DNA of 63,980 nt, the filler included, from Craspedostauros australis (Eukaryota), in NCBI GenBank assembly GCA_030167865.1. It is 9 parts of 9 records of this genome, joined end to end, with 100 filler letters (N's around TTAATTAATTAA, not from the genome) between each part and the next. Parts side by side here need not be neighbours in the genome. Positions count along the whole stretch, not along the records: positions 25,267 to 40,588 come from JALAGF010005466.1; positions 40,689 to 42,561 come from JALAGF010005468.1; positions 42,662 to 44,682 come from JALAGF010005469.1; positions 44,783 to 50,739 come from JALAGF010005470.1; 5 more parts are not named here. The stretch is one strand, 5' to 3'. Both the position numbers and the translations under genes were made by a program. This document shows positions 33,923 to 45,538 of this stretch, piece by piece. The first letter of the stretch is position 1. Every line of letters begins with the position of its first letter. Below the pieces are notes generated by a model. It worked only from the letters and a program-made list of their open reading frames with translations, had not been told where the DNA came from and searched no databases.

Positions 33923-36900
33923 TTATGCAATGTCCGTGAGGACGGAGAGCTCATCGTCGTCGAGGCCCACAGATCCCTCCACTCCATCTCCGAGCTCCGA
34001 TCCGAAGACGAGCACTCCGGCACCTCCCCCGGGGCCGTCTTTCGCATCGATGAAGGCTTCGATCCCAGTCCCCCTTGTGGTGATCGCTCCTGTGAAGGTG
34101 TCGCGGGTGATTCCAAAGAGGTAGTTGCCTTTGCCGTCGTCGGTGAGGCCCTCTGGACGTTTGCGGTTCGGATCGTTGACATGCTTGAGGAACTTCTTGC
34201 GGCGCTGCATGACGTCGTCCACCTTGATCTTACAACCCCACGCCTTGTAGTAGTCGACGGCGTGCACGAAGTAGTCACCGACCATATCCTTGGAACCGCA
34301 CTGGAGGTAGTGCTCTCCTGCCAGCTCGTTGGCGATGGCAGCATCCTGGATGCATCCAGCTCGGATTGCTGCGAGGATCGCGATGTTGTAGGCATGCTGG
34401 ATGTTGGTGTGCCGTTTGTTCTTCATGGTGACAGCGAGGTCTTCGGCTTCAAGGATGAGCACTAGATGGATCCAGATTCGTCCTCTGGCTTTGGTGATCT
34501 TCTTCAGTTTCTTGGTTTTCTTTCGCAAGATTGTTAAGTGTTGCTGATTCCCTGTCTCCCTGTATCGTTCCGCATTGATGACGCCCAAGGTGTACAACTC
34601 AGTGAGTATGGTGTTAGCTGCTGCATCTCCCGAAGCGAAGAAGATGAAGTTGGAGAACAAAGAGTCTGCCATCGCATACCGCCGATGGATGAATGCCAAG
34701 AATCCTCTGGAGTGGAAAATCATGCTGTCTCTGAGGATATTGGATGGGTCAATCTTCTCTACAGTGGGATCGCGATGGGATAAAGCTTCGATTTCGTCCC
34801 AATCGATTGGATCTTCTTTCAACATGACCCCGAATAGGTATCGATAGCTGTCTGACATTCCGACGTAGGCCCTGAGTTTGAAAGTGTCCAGCTGGTCCAG
34901 TGCTTCCTCGTTTGCCTTGTTCAGCGACTTCAGTTCCAGCCCTCTCATGAATCCTTGCATGACGCAGCCTTGGTAATTGAGGATACCGATGCCAAATTCT
35001 CCAACCTCCATCGAGCGGTGATACCCTTTCTTGTGATCCCGCAGGGTATCTCCGAAAGTGAAGCTGAATGGGTTGACGTAGTGCGCCGACGTGAATCGGA
35101 ACATGCCTTCCAGATGTCTTCCATCGGCCTGCTCGAGGATCAGGTCGCCGATCTTCATGCATCGTTCGGCCAGGGCTTGCTCTGCCGTGGCGCTAAGCAC
35201 AAGTCCATATGCACCGAAGGCGCTTCCTGTCTCTGCGCAGATGCCGTATTTGATGGAGGTGCACAGCATCTTGCACAAGTTCATGATCACCAGAACTGTG
35301 CTGTTGGTGACATTAGTGCACATGCCGAAATCTGCGCCAATCGTCATGGCTGTGAGCTTCTGCTTATCCGTCATCCAAGGCCTCGCGAGGATCTCTTCGT
35401 TGGTGTTGCTCTTCAGGAAGCGCTTGATCTTCATCATGCTCTTGATAATGTGCAGCGAGTACCATCGCTTGGGGAACGCTTTCAATGATTGGAGCAGACG
35501 CAGCTCCACCTCCACACTTGCCATGTGGCGATCCTGTCTGGTCAAGGCTCTAGCCATGGAGAAGTGAGTTAGCGCCTTGTCGTCCGGTGATCTGGCTCTC
35601 TCTAGCACCTCGTCGCACAGCTTGTAGCCGACCTCGTAGTTGCCGATCGACAACTCGACGTCGGCGCGTGCCCGATAGACCCGCAGGCAGATGTCGTAGT
35701 GCTCATCACTATCCCAGATCGATGGGCTGGCAGCGGCTTGGGTACCGGTCGATCCTTTGGTCTTGGGGGAGGTGTTGGGAGATGAGCCAGTTCTCACTCG
35801 CTGCAGCGCTTCATGCGCCTTTCGCAAGTACCCGGCGGCTGCTTCGAGCGCTGCCATCTCTGTGGCCTTCTCGCCAACCTCCAGATTCATGATGACGGAG
35901 AACATGTGATCTTTGGTCTGGACGGTGTTCAAGTGATCCGCAGCCACGAACAACAGGCCATCATCTACTTCTGACGTAGTAAAGGTCGAAGTGAACGATT
36001 CCGTTGACGTTACTGAACCTGTGGACTGGGAGGGCATTGCGACCTTGCCTTGTGGGTGACTTTTGCGTTGCTTGTTGGGCTCGTGGTCAGTCCCATGATT
36101 CACATCGTTGCCATGCTCTTCTTCCTCGTCCTCTTGAAGACGAACCTGCATACGTCGGTACATCTTCAGCAAGCAGTGACCGATCCGCACGCGCAGCTTG
36201 TCGCGAGCCTCACCGGCTGGGATCATGCCTTGTGCGGCCTGCTGGATGCGATCGTGCGCGAAGTGGTACTTGGTACCACCGATGGGGTTTGAGATTAGAC
36301 GCTCCAGAACCGCATGGTCCAGCATACTGGAGAGTTCTTGCTTGGAGGAGATGCGGGCCATGGAATCGATCTCTCCATCCACGTGCTTGCGCTCGCTTTC
36401 AAGCACCCGGTGCAGCACCGAGATGTCGAACATCGATCGGATGTAGGCTGCAACGGATAACACCTGCTGCAGCTGCATGGGAAGGTCTCGCAGCTTGGAT
36501 TCGATGATGCCGATGATGTTGTCGCTGATGGGCAGCTGGGCGCTACCGGCGTTGCTGTCGTCGTCATCCCCTGGGTTGGAAAGGCTCCATTCCCATCGGT
36601 GAGAGATGGGGTTGAAGGCGAGAATGCTCTTTCTCTCCAGCTCTTCGAGAGCTTGCAGGGTGAAGAAGACATTTCCGTCTGTCTTCGCATGGAGCTTCTC
36701 AGATAGAGTCTCGATGTCGTTGCAGTCCAGCATGCTTGAGAGCCATGCGGTCATGTCATCCAGAGTGAGGTTGGTGATCGTGATCTGCTGCAGGGTTCGC
36801 GGATGACGACGCTTCCCGGCTTGAGACAATGATGTGGTTGCGGATGTGGTCGATCCATCATCAGGGCCTCCTGCCTTTTGGTTGCTGTCATTGGCAGTAT

Positions 36901-38104
36901 CTTCTGCTGACAACGGCGTGACGAGGCACCGTGCCAGCGGGTGGTCTGGAGTGAGATCCAGTGGTTCGTCAGTATGCGGGTTAGTGTCTTGGCGAATGGC
37001 ACCAAGCAGAAGGAAGTTTTGCAACCCGAAGTCAGCTACCAACCGGGCGATGAGGCTGAGGCCCACCTCGGCAGACCACTGCAGATCGTCGAGGAACATG
37101 TAGATGGGTCGTTCCTTCGTCGAGACTGCCTTAATGAACTGTACGAAGATGTACTGAAGTTGGTTCCACATCTTTTCTGTCATGGCTCCGCCCGCCACTG
37201 GTGAAGGCGATTCACCGTTGAGGTTGCTGCCGTTCATGCTTGTGCTGTTGTTATCGCGCTGGCTGACGGATTGGCTCATGACAGAAGCGTCGCCTCGTGC
37301 TGACTTGGATGTCAAGATGGAGAGAGATGGCACCACTTTCACCAAGGGACGAAGCCCACCGTTGGGGAATGCCGCTCGCACACATTCACGGATACGATCA
37401 AGTTCTTCCTTGGGTCCGTTCTTGAGTTGGGTTGTGAAGTCTTGGATAGCCTGGACAATGGCCGAGAATGGGTCACTCTTTCCTGTGTACTCGTCATACT
37501 TTCCACGCAGGACGTAGCAGCAGGAGCAAGCTGGCGTCATGGCTGCTTGTTCGGTCTTCGTTTGCTTCTGGTTGGAGCCCTTGCCGCAAATGCAGCATGT
37601 CTCCAGGAAGTGATCGACGAGAGCGGACTTTCCTGTACCACTGACACCCCAGACCAGTACAGCTGGATGCACATCGAGCTTCTTGGTTGCTTTTGGTGTT
37701 GATGATGGTTCAGGCTTGGCCTTGTTGTCTGCCTCATCAGTCGATGGATCCTGTGGATGAGGAGGATTAGTCGTAGCATCGCTCTGGTGTTCACCGATGA
37801 CCTTGCCCTTCAGAGCTTTGAGCTGCTCGAGCTCCGCCTCTCGACCGAGGAATTGCGATGTATCCTTCCACGGAGCGACGCCACTTGATGGGCCAACTGC
37901 ACCAGTTTCGTCGTCGTTCGTGGTGGTGTTAGGGTTGGCGTCGTCTTTGGCCATGCCAGATCCATCGTCGATGGAAGAGAAGGAGGTGCTGACGTTCTGC
38001 TCTCCTTCCTCCTCTGCCTCTGTGGAAGAGTATCCGTCCTTTTGGAACTCTCCGATGGATGATGGGAGGTTGTCAAAACAGATTTGGGCCTGTTGGATCT
38101 CCAT
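33923..38104 (-). CDS. STAND-class AAA ATPase (AAA_16-like) with C-terminal TPR-like helical region, no kinase domain
   Basis: FLGREAEL, Walker A GVSGTGKS, GKYDE, Walker B MFLDDLQW, TDGNVFF, YHFAHDRIQQAA, NLEVGEKA..AA..YL, and C-terminal YNIAI..A..AIANELAGEHY..A..YY..WG..KV. This matches the ATPase module of bacterial multi-sensor Ser/Thr/His kinases. Intronless. Confidence 0.85.
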   Translation of the reverse strand: MEIQQAQICFDNLPSSIGEFQKDGYSSTEAEEEGEQNVSTSFSSIDDGSGMAKDDANPNTTTNDDETGAVGPSSGVAPWKDTSQFLGREAELEQLKALKGKVIGEHQSDATTNPPHPQDPSTDEADNKAKPEPSSTPKATKKLDVHPAVLVWGVSGTGKSALVDHFLETCCICGKGSNQKQTKTEQAAMTPACSCCYVLRGKYDEYTGKSDPFSAIVQAIQDFTTQLKNGPKEELDRIRECVRAAFPNGGLRPLVKVVPSLSILTSKSARGDASVMSQSVSQRDNNSTSMNGSNLNGESPSPVAGGAMTEKMWNQLQYIFVQFIKAVSTKERPIYMFLDDLQWSAEVGLSLIARLVADFGLQNFLLLGAIRQDTNPHTDEPLDLTPDHPLARCLVTPLSAEDTANDSNQKAGGPDDGSTTSATTSLSQAGKRRHPRTLQQITITNLTLDDMTAWLSSMLDCNDIETLSEKLHAKTDGNVFFTLQALEELERKSILAFNPISHRWEWSLSNPGDDDDSNAGSAQLPISDNIIGIIESKLRDLPMQLQQVLSVAAYIRSMFDISVLHRVLESERKHVDGEIDSMARISSKQELSSMLDHAVLERLISNPIGGTKYHFAHDRIQQAAQGMIPAGEARDKLRVRIGHCLLKMYRRMQVRLQEDEEEEHGNDVNHGTDHEPNKQRKSHPQGKVAMPSQSTGSVTSTESFTSTFTTSEVDDGLLFVAADHLNTVQTKDHMFSVIMNLEVGEKATEMAALEAAAGYLRKAHEALQRVRTGSSPNTSPKTKGSTGTQAAASPSIWDSDEHYDICLRVYRARADVELSIGNYEVGYKLCDEVLERARSPDDKALTHFSMARALTRQDRHMASVEVELRLLQSLKAFPKRWYSLHIIKSMMKIKRFLKSNTNEEILARPWMTDKQKLTAMTIGADFGMCTNVTNSTVLVIMNLCKMLCTSIKYGICAETGSAFGAYGLVLSATAEQALAERCMKIGDLILEQADGRHLEGMFRFTSAHYVNPFSFTFGDTLRDHKKGYHRSMEVGEFGIGILNYQGCVMQGFMRGLELKSLNKANEEALDQLDTFKLRAYVGMSDSYRYLFGVMLKEDPIDWDEIEALSHRDPTVEKIDPSNILRDSMIFHSRGFLAFIHRRYAMADSLFSNFIFFASGDAAANTILTELYTLGVINAERYRETGNQQHLTILRKKTKKLKKITKARGRIWIHLVLILEAEDLAVTMKNKRHTNIQHAYNIAILAAIRAGCIQDAAIANELAGEHYLQCGSKDMVGDYFVHAVDYYKAWGCKIKVDDVMQRRKKFLKHVNDPNRKRPEGLTDDGKGNYLFGITRDTFTGAITTRGTGIEAFIDAKDGPGGGAGVLVFGSELGDGVEGSVGLDDDELSVLTDIA

Positions 38105-40055
38105 GGTGCGAAGTGATGTGAAGTGATGTGATGTGGAGCAGTAATGCACAAGAGAGAGAGTGTGTGATCGATTTCGGCCGAGGTGGCAATGTTATGGCCT
38201 TCGAACTTCTCTTGCAGACTGATCATCCCCCTTTGAGCAAAGCAGCGCGTGGATTGCCACGAGACAGTCGCGAGATTGGTCGGAGTCGGGAAGTCGCGAG
38301 CGCAGGGGCATGTGATGCTGTCGATTGCGGGGCGGAAAAGCACAATGATATTTCCTTGCTTACCCGATTGTCTGTTTTTGGTTGTTACGCTGTCGACCAT
38401 GCTGCGGAAAGAGGCGGGCATCTCGCGTCTTGTGTCCAACAAGCATCACCTCTCATTCCGCTCGCGCCATTTCCGCTGCGAAGCAAACTGTGACGTCTTA
38501 GTAGCATCAGATCTTGATGACATCTTCACAACAACAAGCAAGCGGTTGCGTGCCTTGCCTTTTGGCGGGTGAGAGAATGGCATCAAAGTCAAGACTGGAC
38601 GAGCGACAGAGATGTATCTCTGCACCAAAGTGCCCTCGTTGATGGTGCGGCCGTTTCCTGTTTGGACTCTTTGTGACTGGGGGGGCAGTTCAAAATGCAA
38701 TAATTGGCTCTATTTCATAGCGTTTAAGTCATAAATCGCTTGTTTCCGCCTAGTTCTTATCCTCGACGGAATAATATGGCATTTTCGTTCGTTTTTGGAT
38801 AATTGGTGCTTTCCCCCCAAAATTCGCCCGAGTTGCTTTCGCTCTTCGTCATTGCTCCATTTCCCCACTTTACACTGNNNNNNNNNNNNNNNNNNNNNNN
38901 NNNNNNNNNNNNNNNNNCAAAACAAGGCTGCTGTCTTGGGCCAGCACAGAGCACACAAAACTCACAACCCCAACACTCTCCACAGAGATCGTTGCTCCAC
39001 AGAGCACTTCGTTCCTGTTACAACCACAACCACAACAATAACAACAACAACAAGTACACCAACATCACCACTGCAACAGTATTTCGTCCATGGGTGGCTC
39101 CTGTATGCGATGCAACTGGAATTCATCTCTTCGAACAGTTCTTCCTGCACCAGCAATGATGTCCGNNNNNNNNNNNNNNNNNNNNNNNNNNNNNNNNNNN
39201 NNNNNNNNNNNNNNNNNNNNNNNNNNNNNNNNNNNNNNNNNNNNNNNNNNNNNNNNNNNNNNNNNNNNNNNNNNNNNNNNNNNNNNNNNNNNNNNNNNNN
39301 NCTTGCACTCCTTGTCCTGGTTTCCGGATGACCAGGACCGCCATGGTAGGATCGCAACCGAGGTGATTTTCTCCACACCTTTTCTTTCTGGATTTTGGTG
39401 TCCTTCTTTTGTTGTTGTCAGGTGTGTTGGGACAGCCATTCGTTCCTTTGTTGACATGTCAATGACTATCCTTTGTTGTTGGGAATGAGGTTCATGTGCA
39501 TGCTCGTATTGTCGGTTCTGTTNNNNNNNNNNNNNNNNNNNNNNNNNNNNNNNNNNNNNNNNNNNNNNNNNNNNNNNNNNNNNNNNNNNNNNNNNNNNNN
39601 NNNNNNNNNNNNNNNTGCTCCTTTTTGTACATCCGCATTATCTACATGCCACCCTCAAGCAAGGTGCATTGCAGTGAACAGCTAAACATGCATTGTGTTA
39701 TGAAACCATAACAGTGTTGTGTTGGCCATTCGTGCTACATGCTTGTTGTAGTCTTTTCTTTGGAGGTGCCAGTGTTGTTTTCCGTTTTCCTTCTCACAGC
39801 ATGGGTGCTCGCACATGCATGCACGCTCTTCCGCAATTCACTGACAGCCACAACAAACTCCATTGCGGGTAGCACCAANNCAAATGACAAACAACAACGC
39901 AGCTACTTGTGCAACACCAGATGAACGATACGACATTGAGGTAGGGACTATGTGAGAAAATTATATTATGCACCAGACGGCTTACTCCCGTCCAGAGCTG
40001 CTGTCATCGCTGCTTGCACTGCCACTCGTCGGGCTGCTGCTGACGCTCCCACTTT

Positions 40056-40142
40056 TTGTGCTGCCACTCATGCCCTCGCTTGTTGTGCTGCCACTCATGC
40101 CCTCGCTTGTTGTGCTGTCGTCCATGCCCTCGCTCGTTGTGC
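40056..40142. repeat. 27-bp tandem repeat (x3)
   Basis: TTGTGCTGCCACTCATGCCCTCGCTTG units; on the minus strand they read STTSEGMSG in a short S-rich ORF end. Confidence 0.8.
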
Positions 40143-40409
40143 TTTTGCTCTTGTCGCTTCTGGCTGCTTCCTCCACCATTTCCTCCATATCCACCTCCCG
40201 TGAGGCGGCTGCTCCTGAGGGGGGNNNNNNNNNNNNNNNNNNNNNNNNNNNNNNNNNNNNNNNNNNNNNNNNNNNNNNNNNNNNNNNNNNNNNNNNNNNN
40301 NNNNNNNNNNNNNNNNNNNNNNNNNNNNNNNNNNNNNNNNNNNNNNNNNNNNNNNNNNNNNNNNNNNNNNNNNNNNNNNNNNNNNNNNNNNNNNNNNNNN
40401 NNNNNNNNN

Positions 40410-40588
40410 GCAAGCACTTCCAGTTTTTGAAGCGTTTGTGAACTGTTTCGTGCCTTGCACGTATCACTCCATTGTATCTGGTCCTCTCAATGCAACACGA
40501 AGGATCACCCCTGTAGCCTTGATCCGCAATCACCTGCTCCCCTTCGTCCAGTTCCTGCCTCAGCTTGCGTCGAAAAATGGTTACATCA
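40410..40588 (-). mobile_element. PIF/Harbinger-like (DDE_Tnp_4) transposase fragment
   Basis: Minus-strand translation DVTIFRRKLRQEL..EQVIADQGYRGD..RARHETVHKRFKNWKCL contains the ADxGY and R.RHE catalytic motifs. Confidence 0.75.
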
Positions 40589-40829
40589 NNNNNNNNNNNN
40601 NNNNNNNNNNNNNNNNNNNNNNNNNNNNNNNNTTAATTAATTAANNNNNNNNNNNNNNNNNNNNNNNNNNNNNNNNNNNNNNNNNNNNTTCCCGATTGTA
40701 CGGGACTGAACCAAAATAGAGTACAGAAACAACAAATACCCCCCCTATCGTCAACGTGGCAAGCGCATGATCGATCACTCCTGAGCGTTACAGGAGCACG
40801 TTACTTTTAGGACTACGGGGGACTTCGAC

Positions 40830-41695
40830 ATGTGGAACGAGCTCGCAGACGCTCGAGCTCTGCCACGCGCGGCCAAACCCAAACACCTCCTTTGGATGTG
40901 CGCGTTTCTCCGCATGTACGTGTCTGAAACTGCGTTNGCCGCTGTGTGCAAGTGTTCTGCAAAAACTCTTCGCAAATGGATGTGGCTCATGATGGCAGCC
41001 GTTGAAACCGTTAAAGATCGAATCGTAAGTACTAAATTAATCTCATACCCGAACTGCGACACGAAATTATGTTCACTTCATTCACTCACACACGGTTCTT
41101 TTTGTCGTGGTACCGCTTGCATTGACAGATTGTTTGGAACCGTCGTTTNNNNNNNNNNNNNNNNNNNNNNNNNNNNNNNNNNNNNNNNNNNNNNNNNNNN
41201 NNNNNNNNNNNNNNNNNNNNNNNNNNNNNNNNNNNNNNNNNNNNNNNNNNNNNNNNNNNNNNNNNNNNNNNNNNNNNNNNNNNNNNNNNNNNNNNNNNNN
41301 NNNNNNNNNTTTGGGCGAATGGGCCTTTCCCGTGTGGCCTGCTGAACGATCTCTCGATCTTCCGTCTGGGACTGAAGCCAAGATTGGCGCAACACGAAGT
41401 CGTAGTAGCAGATTCCGGATACCGCGGAGACCCTTGCGTATTTCCCCCAACTTTTCGTGCAGATGGGATCATGCGCTGCCGCCACGAAACGGTCAACAGG
41501 CAAATCAAGCACTGGCAATGCATGCACTTGAAGTGGCGGCACCACGTTGACAAGCATCGCCTGGCATTCAACGCGGTGGACATCCTCACCCAAATTGAAC
41601 TGAGCAACGGCTTCCCCTCGTTTGACGTTGTTGTCGCCATGCAAGAAGCACGTGAACGTGCCATCGCCCAAGCAGAAGCACAGCACACACACTAA
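40830..41695 (+). mobile_element. PIF/Harbinger-like (DDE_Tnp_4) transposase gene, gapped, with probable intron
   Basis: N-terminal KPKHLLW..FLRMY..KTLRKWMW (HTH region). GTAAGT donor near 41025. C-terminal WANGPFPCG..NDLSIFR..VVADSGYRGD..RCRHETVNRQIKHW..WRH..KH..AFNAV. Confidence 0.8.
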
Positions 41696-43245
41696 ATAGC
41701 CCGTCCCACTTAGCAGTAACAAATAGCCAAAATTGAACATGCAAACAATGTTAATCCTGGATGCTCTCCCTTGTCTGTTGTAGTGAGTTGGTGTCTGGTG
41801 TCCTGGTTTGAAAAAAGGCTAGCACATCATCGCACTGACTGGTTCATCGTGTAAGTGCTATGCTTTGCTGTGGGGAACACTGTTTGCCAACAATGTATCT
41901 CGGACCCACTGGAAAGCCGTGTGGAGAATGGGCAAGGAGCTTCGTCCACGTGGGGTGACATCCTTTCTGGATCACAAGAGGATGGACTAGGCAACNAGAC
42001 ACTGTTGCTTGCGCGAAACAATCCGAGTGTGTCCTAATGAAACGAACGAAAACAGCAGCGAAGCATCTGGACTGTGCAATCACACGCACGTTGAGCGGAG
42101 TGGAGGGAGGATGTTCACCGCAACAGCCGACAATGAGAGCGACACGAGCAGGGTTCATCACGCAATGACACATGCCTATCAGGACAGGAAAGGGAGGACA
42201 TGATGCTGCCTACCCCCCTGCGAACGAACATGCTCACTTTCGTCACGGGTGTGGAGAGTGACNNNNNNNNNNNNNNNNNNNNNNNNNNNNNNNNNNNNNN
42301 NNNNNNNNNNNNNNNNNNNNNNNNNNNNNNNNNNNNNNNNNNNNNNNNNNNNNNNNNNNNNNNNNNNNNNNNNNNNNNNNNNNNNNNNNNNNNNNNNNNN
42401 NNNNNNNNNNNNNNNNNCGAATGCGAAGCAAGGACCCTCTTGAAAAGCAAGGGGCGATTGAGCCGAAGGGCTGTCACGGCGGAAAGGAGGCAATGTGACG
42501 TCGCGTGTATGGGAATGGGGATGTCTTGGAGCAGACACGAGGGGATGGAAGGAGAGCAAAGNNNNNNNNNNNNNNNNNNNNNNNNNNNNNNNNNNNNNNN
42601 NNNNNTTAATTAATTAANNNNNNNNNNNNNNNNNNNNNNNNNNNNNNNNNNNNNNNNNNNNATTTTGCATCTTTTGGAGATCCTGACTGCCATATCGGAA
42701 GTCGTTGTTGGTCTCCAACCAACCCAACGTGCAATCGCAATAGTTCTGTGTAGACTGCGTGGAGACCTTCTATTGGACAACAAACTGCTGATCCATCTCC
42801 ATGATACAGTGATCAAGAGGTCTCTGTCATCGATATTGGCACCAGAGCCTTGAACAAGCTATGAATCAGCAGGGAAAAAGTGCTTGCGCATATGTTACCG
42901 GACCTCTGTTAGTGGCAAAGTTGAGACAGAAGAGATGGCAGCGAAACTCTCAGAACACGAAGCTCCTAAGAGAAGAAAGAGGGATGTGCGTTGCGTGCAA
43001 CTCAGATCACACTCATTAACGATCCTATCAACTTTTGGTCTCAACAAGTGATGCGATAACCTGCAACGAAGCATTCAGATCATAGCAGCCTAAACTCGAA
43101 CTCTATTCTACAGAAGAGAAGCCGATTCTGTCATGTTGGTCGTCTTTCTGTGTAGGTCACGAACGAGTCACGATTACCAATGTGAAATCCGAACGTGAGT
43201 GCCACATGTGACATGAACACAGGGGTGTGAATGTGAAATGCGATA

Positions 43246-43907
43246 GGCCTCTAATTATTGGTAATTATTGGTAACCATTGGCATATCCCTAATGAGTTTT
43301 TTGCTGACAAATTTGGCACATGTGCCAAATTTGTCACTTCTTTTGGGTTCGCATCAACAGCGCACGTTGGCCTCCACGTGTAGGTGGCAAGATCGCATGC
43401 CAGACCAACATGGTCCTCCAGCGTGGTGGCTTCTCTCATTGTTTAACTGGAACCTTCTGGCGCAGGCAATTTCCGCTGCAAACAAGGCCACATAAGGAAT
43501 TCAGAANNNNNNNNNNNNNNNNNNNNNNNNNNNNNNNNNNNNNNNNNNNNNNNNNNNNNNNNNNNNNNNNNNNNNNNNNNNNNNNNNNNNNNNNNNNNNN
43601 NNNNNNNNNNNNNNNNNNNNNNNNNNNNNNNNNNNNNNNNNNNNNNNNNNNNNNNNNNNNNNNNNNNNNNNNNNNNNNNNNNCCAACAGAAGCACAAACG
43701 CCAATCCTGGAGAAACAACAATCAAGAGTTTTGAGGACACAAAAGCGCCTCTGCACGATAACGCTGAGTGGAAGTCAAAAAACTTTATCAGTACCACCTC
43801 AGCTGGCCGATGCGAACACACAGGATGTGACAAATGTGGCACATCGATCCAAATTTGTCACATCAATGGAGGTGGTTGTAAGGGTCATAATTTCATAATC
43901 TGGGCCT
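43246..43907. mobile_element. Element with long imperfect terminal inverted repeats containing internal palindromes (MITE or DNA-transposon remnant)
   Basis: 43305-43361 aligns to the reverse complement of 43802-43860. A perfect 32-bp palindrome lies at 43305-43336. Both ends finish in AGGCC/GGCCT with ATTAT repeats. No TSD found. Confidence 0.55.
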
Positions 43908-44460
43908 CTCGGCCAATCATATCGCTTCATTTAGGGCACAAGATACCTTTNNNNNNNNNNNNNNNNNNNNNNNNNNNNNNNNNNNNNNNNNNNNNNNNNN
44001 NNNNNNNNNNNNNTTGTCCGCGAATATGAACGCTCCTCGGAGACCGTTCATAATTTCATAATCTCTCTGACGAGTCGTGGTAGTCCAAAATTCGTTCTCA
44101 ACGGCTACATCGGAGCGAAACTTTGTGCTCACACCAGATTGATCCGATGTGCTCTACTGCAAATTGATTATTCGTTCCCACCCGTTGCATCGCAACTTTC
44201 TGTTGCAATTTAACTCCTTCTTTAGATGCACCTAGTGTACCTCTGTATTTATCATCTGATGAACTCCAGCGGATCATATCTTCCCACCATCATCGNNNNN
44301 NNNNNNNNNNNNNNNNNNNNNNNNNNNNNNNNNNNNNNNNNNNNNNNNNNNNNNNNNNNNNNNNNNNNNNNNNNNNNNNNNNNNNNNNNNNNNNNNNNNN
44401 NNNNNNNNNNNNNNNNNNNNNNNNNNNNNNNNNNNNNNNNNNNNNNNNNNNNNNNNNNNN

Positions 44461-44640
44461 GCTATCTTTCTGGTCTTTGATTTGAGAGCATGGCGACTTC
44501 ATGGAGTTCTACAACTTCATCGGACTCACCAGGCCATCGTTCGATCGATTGGCTGAAGTGCTAGATCCCGGCATCGAAGCGTTGCCCATTGATCCGCGAG
44601 CCACGGCGCCACCACGACCATCTGATATTCGCTGTTGTTG
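44461..44640 (+). mobile_element. Possible N-terminal fragment of a Harbinger-type transposase (degenerate)
   Basis: EFYNFIGLTRPSFDRLAEVL resembles the F..F.G/RM....F..L start of DDE_Tnp_4 transposases, with an in-frame stop just upstream. Short and gap-bounded. Confidence 0.3.
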
Positions 44641-44782
44641 TTGGAGCGAAACCAGTCACGAGGGCTCGAGTGAGTCATGAACNNNNNNNNNNNNNNNNNN
44701 NNNNNNNNNNNNNNNNNNNNNNNNNNTTAATTAATTAANNNNNNNNNNNNNNNNNNNNNNNNNNNNNNNNNNNNNNNNNNNN

Positions 44783-45165
44783 GAGGTCATCAAGGCCGTT
44801 CGGGCGGGGTACGCCGCCGCGTTCGATCTGCTCGTGCCGGCCTTGGGCATCGAAGATCGTGTGGGTCAGCTCACGGGCGACGAGGCCGCGAGACTCATGT
44901 TCCCCGACGCGGCTGAAGACGCCTGTCCCAAGACCGCGCTCGACACCAAGGTCAGCGTGCAAGGATACCCCATCTTGGAACGGGAGCAGGTTCTGCTTGG
45001 TTCAACCGGCGGTGCGACAGCATTCCGGAATCCAGCGCGGGGCGGCGCCTTCAGTACGGATACACCCACAACAACATCCCCGACGAGCAGCGAGGAAGAT
45101 CTGCCCTGCGCTGCGACCTACCTGCTCGAATCTCTGCCAGGATTCCAAGATGGCAAGTTTGAGCA
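44783..45165 (+). CDS. Fragment of an unidentified protein-coding gene (5'-truncated at contig end)
   Basis: Open GC3-rich frame EVIKAVRAGYAAAFDLLVPALG..; no recognisable motif. Confidence 0.4.
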
Positions 45166-45538
45166 NNNNNNNNNNNNNNNNNNNNNNNNNNNNNNNNNNN
45201 NNNNNNNNNNNNNNNNNNNNNNNNNNNNNCAGGGGCGTGGTGCTTGTCTGTGGAGAGTCATCCGAGACAACATGGCGTGTCCCTGCATTCAGCTCAACAC
45301 GGCGAGCTTGGGATGGGTGCAAACATGAGTGCAAACATGAGAGCATGTGGACAGATCTGCACCAGTCTGGGAATGCTACATTGTATATCACAGAGTACAG
45401 AACACAATTGAAGTAGAGTACGTAAACAGTTTTAGATTTTGAAGAAACCGCTCATGTCCTGTACGACTACTGAATATTCATCATCTACTCTCCTCAACTT
45501 CATGACGAGTTCACTCCTCAGTCTTCTGTGGTGGTGCT

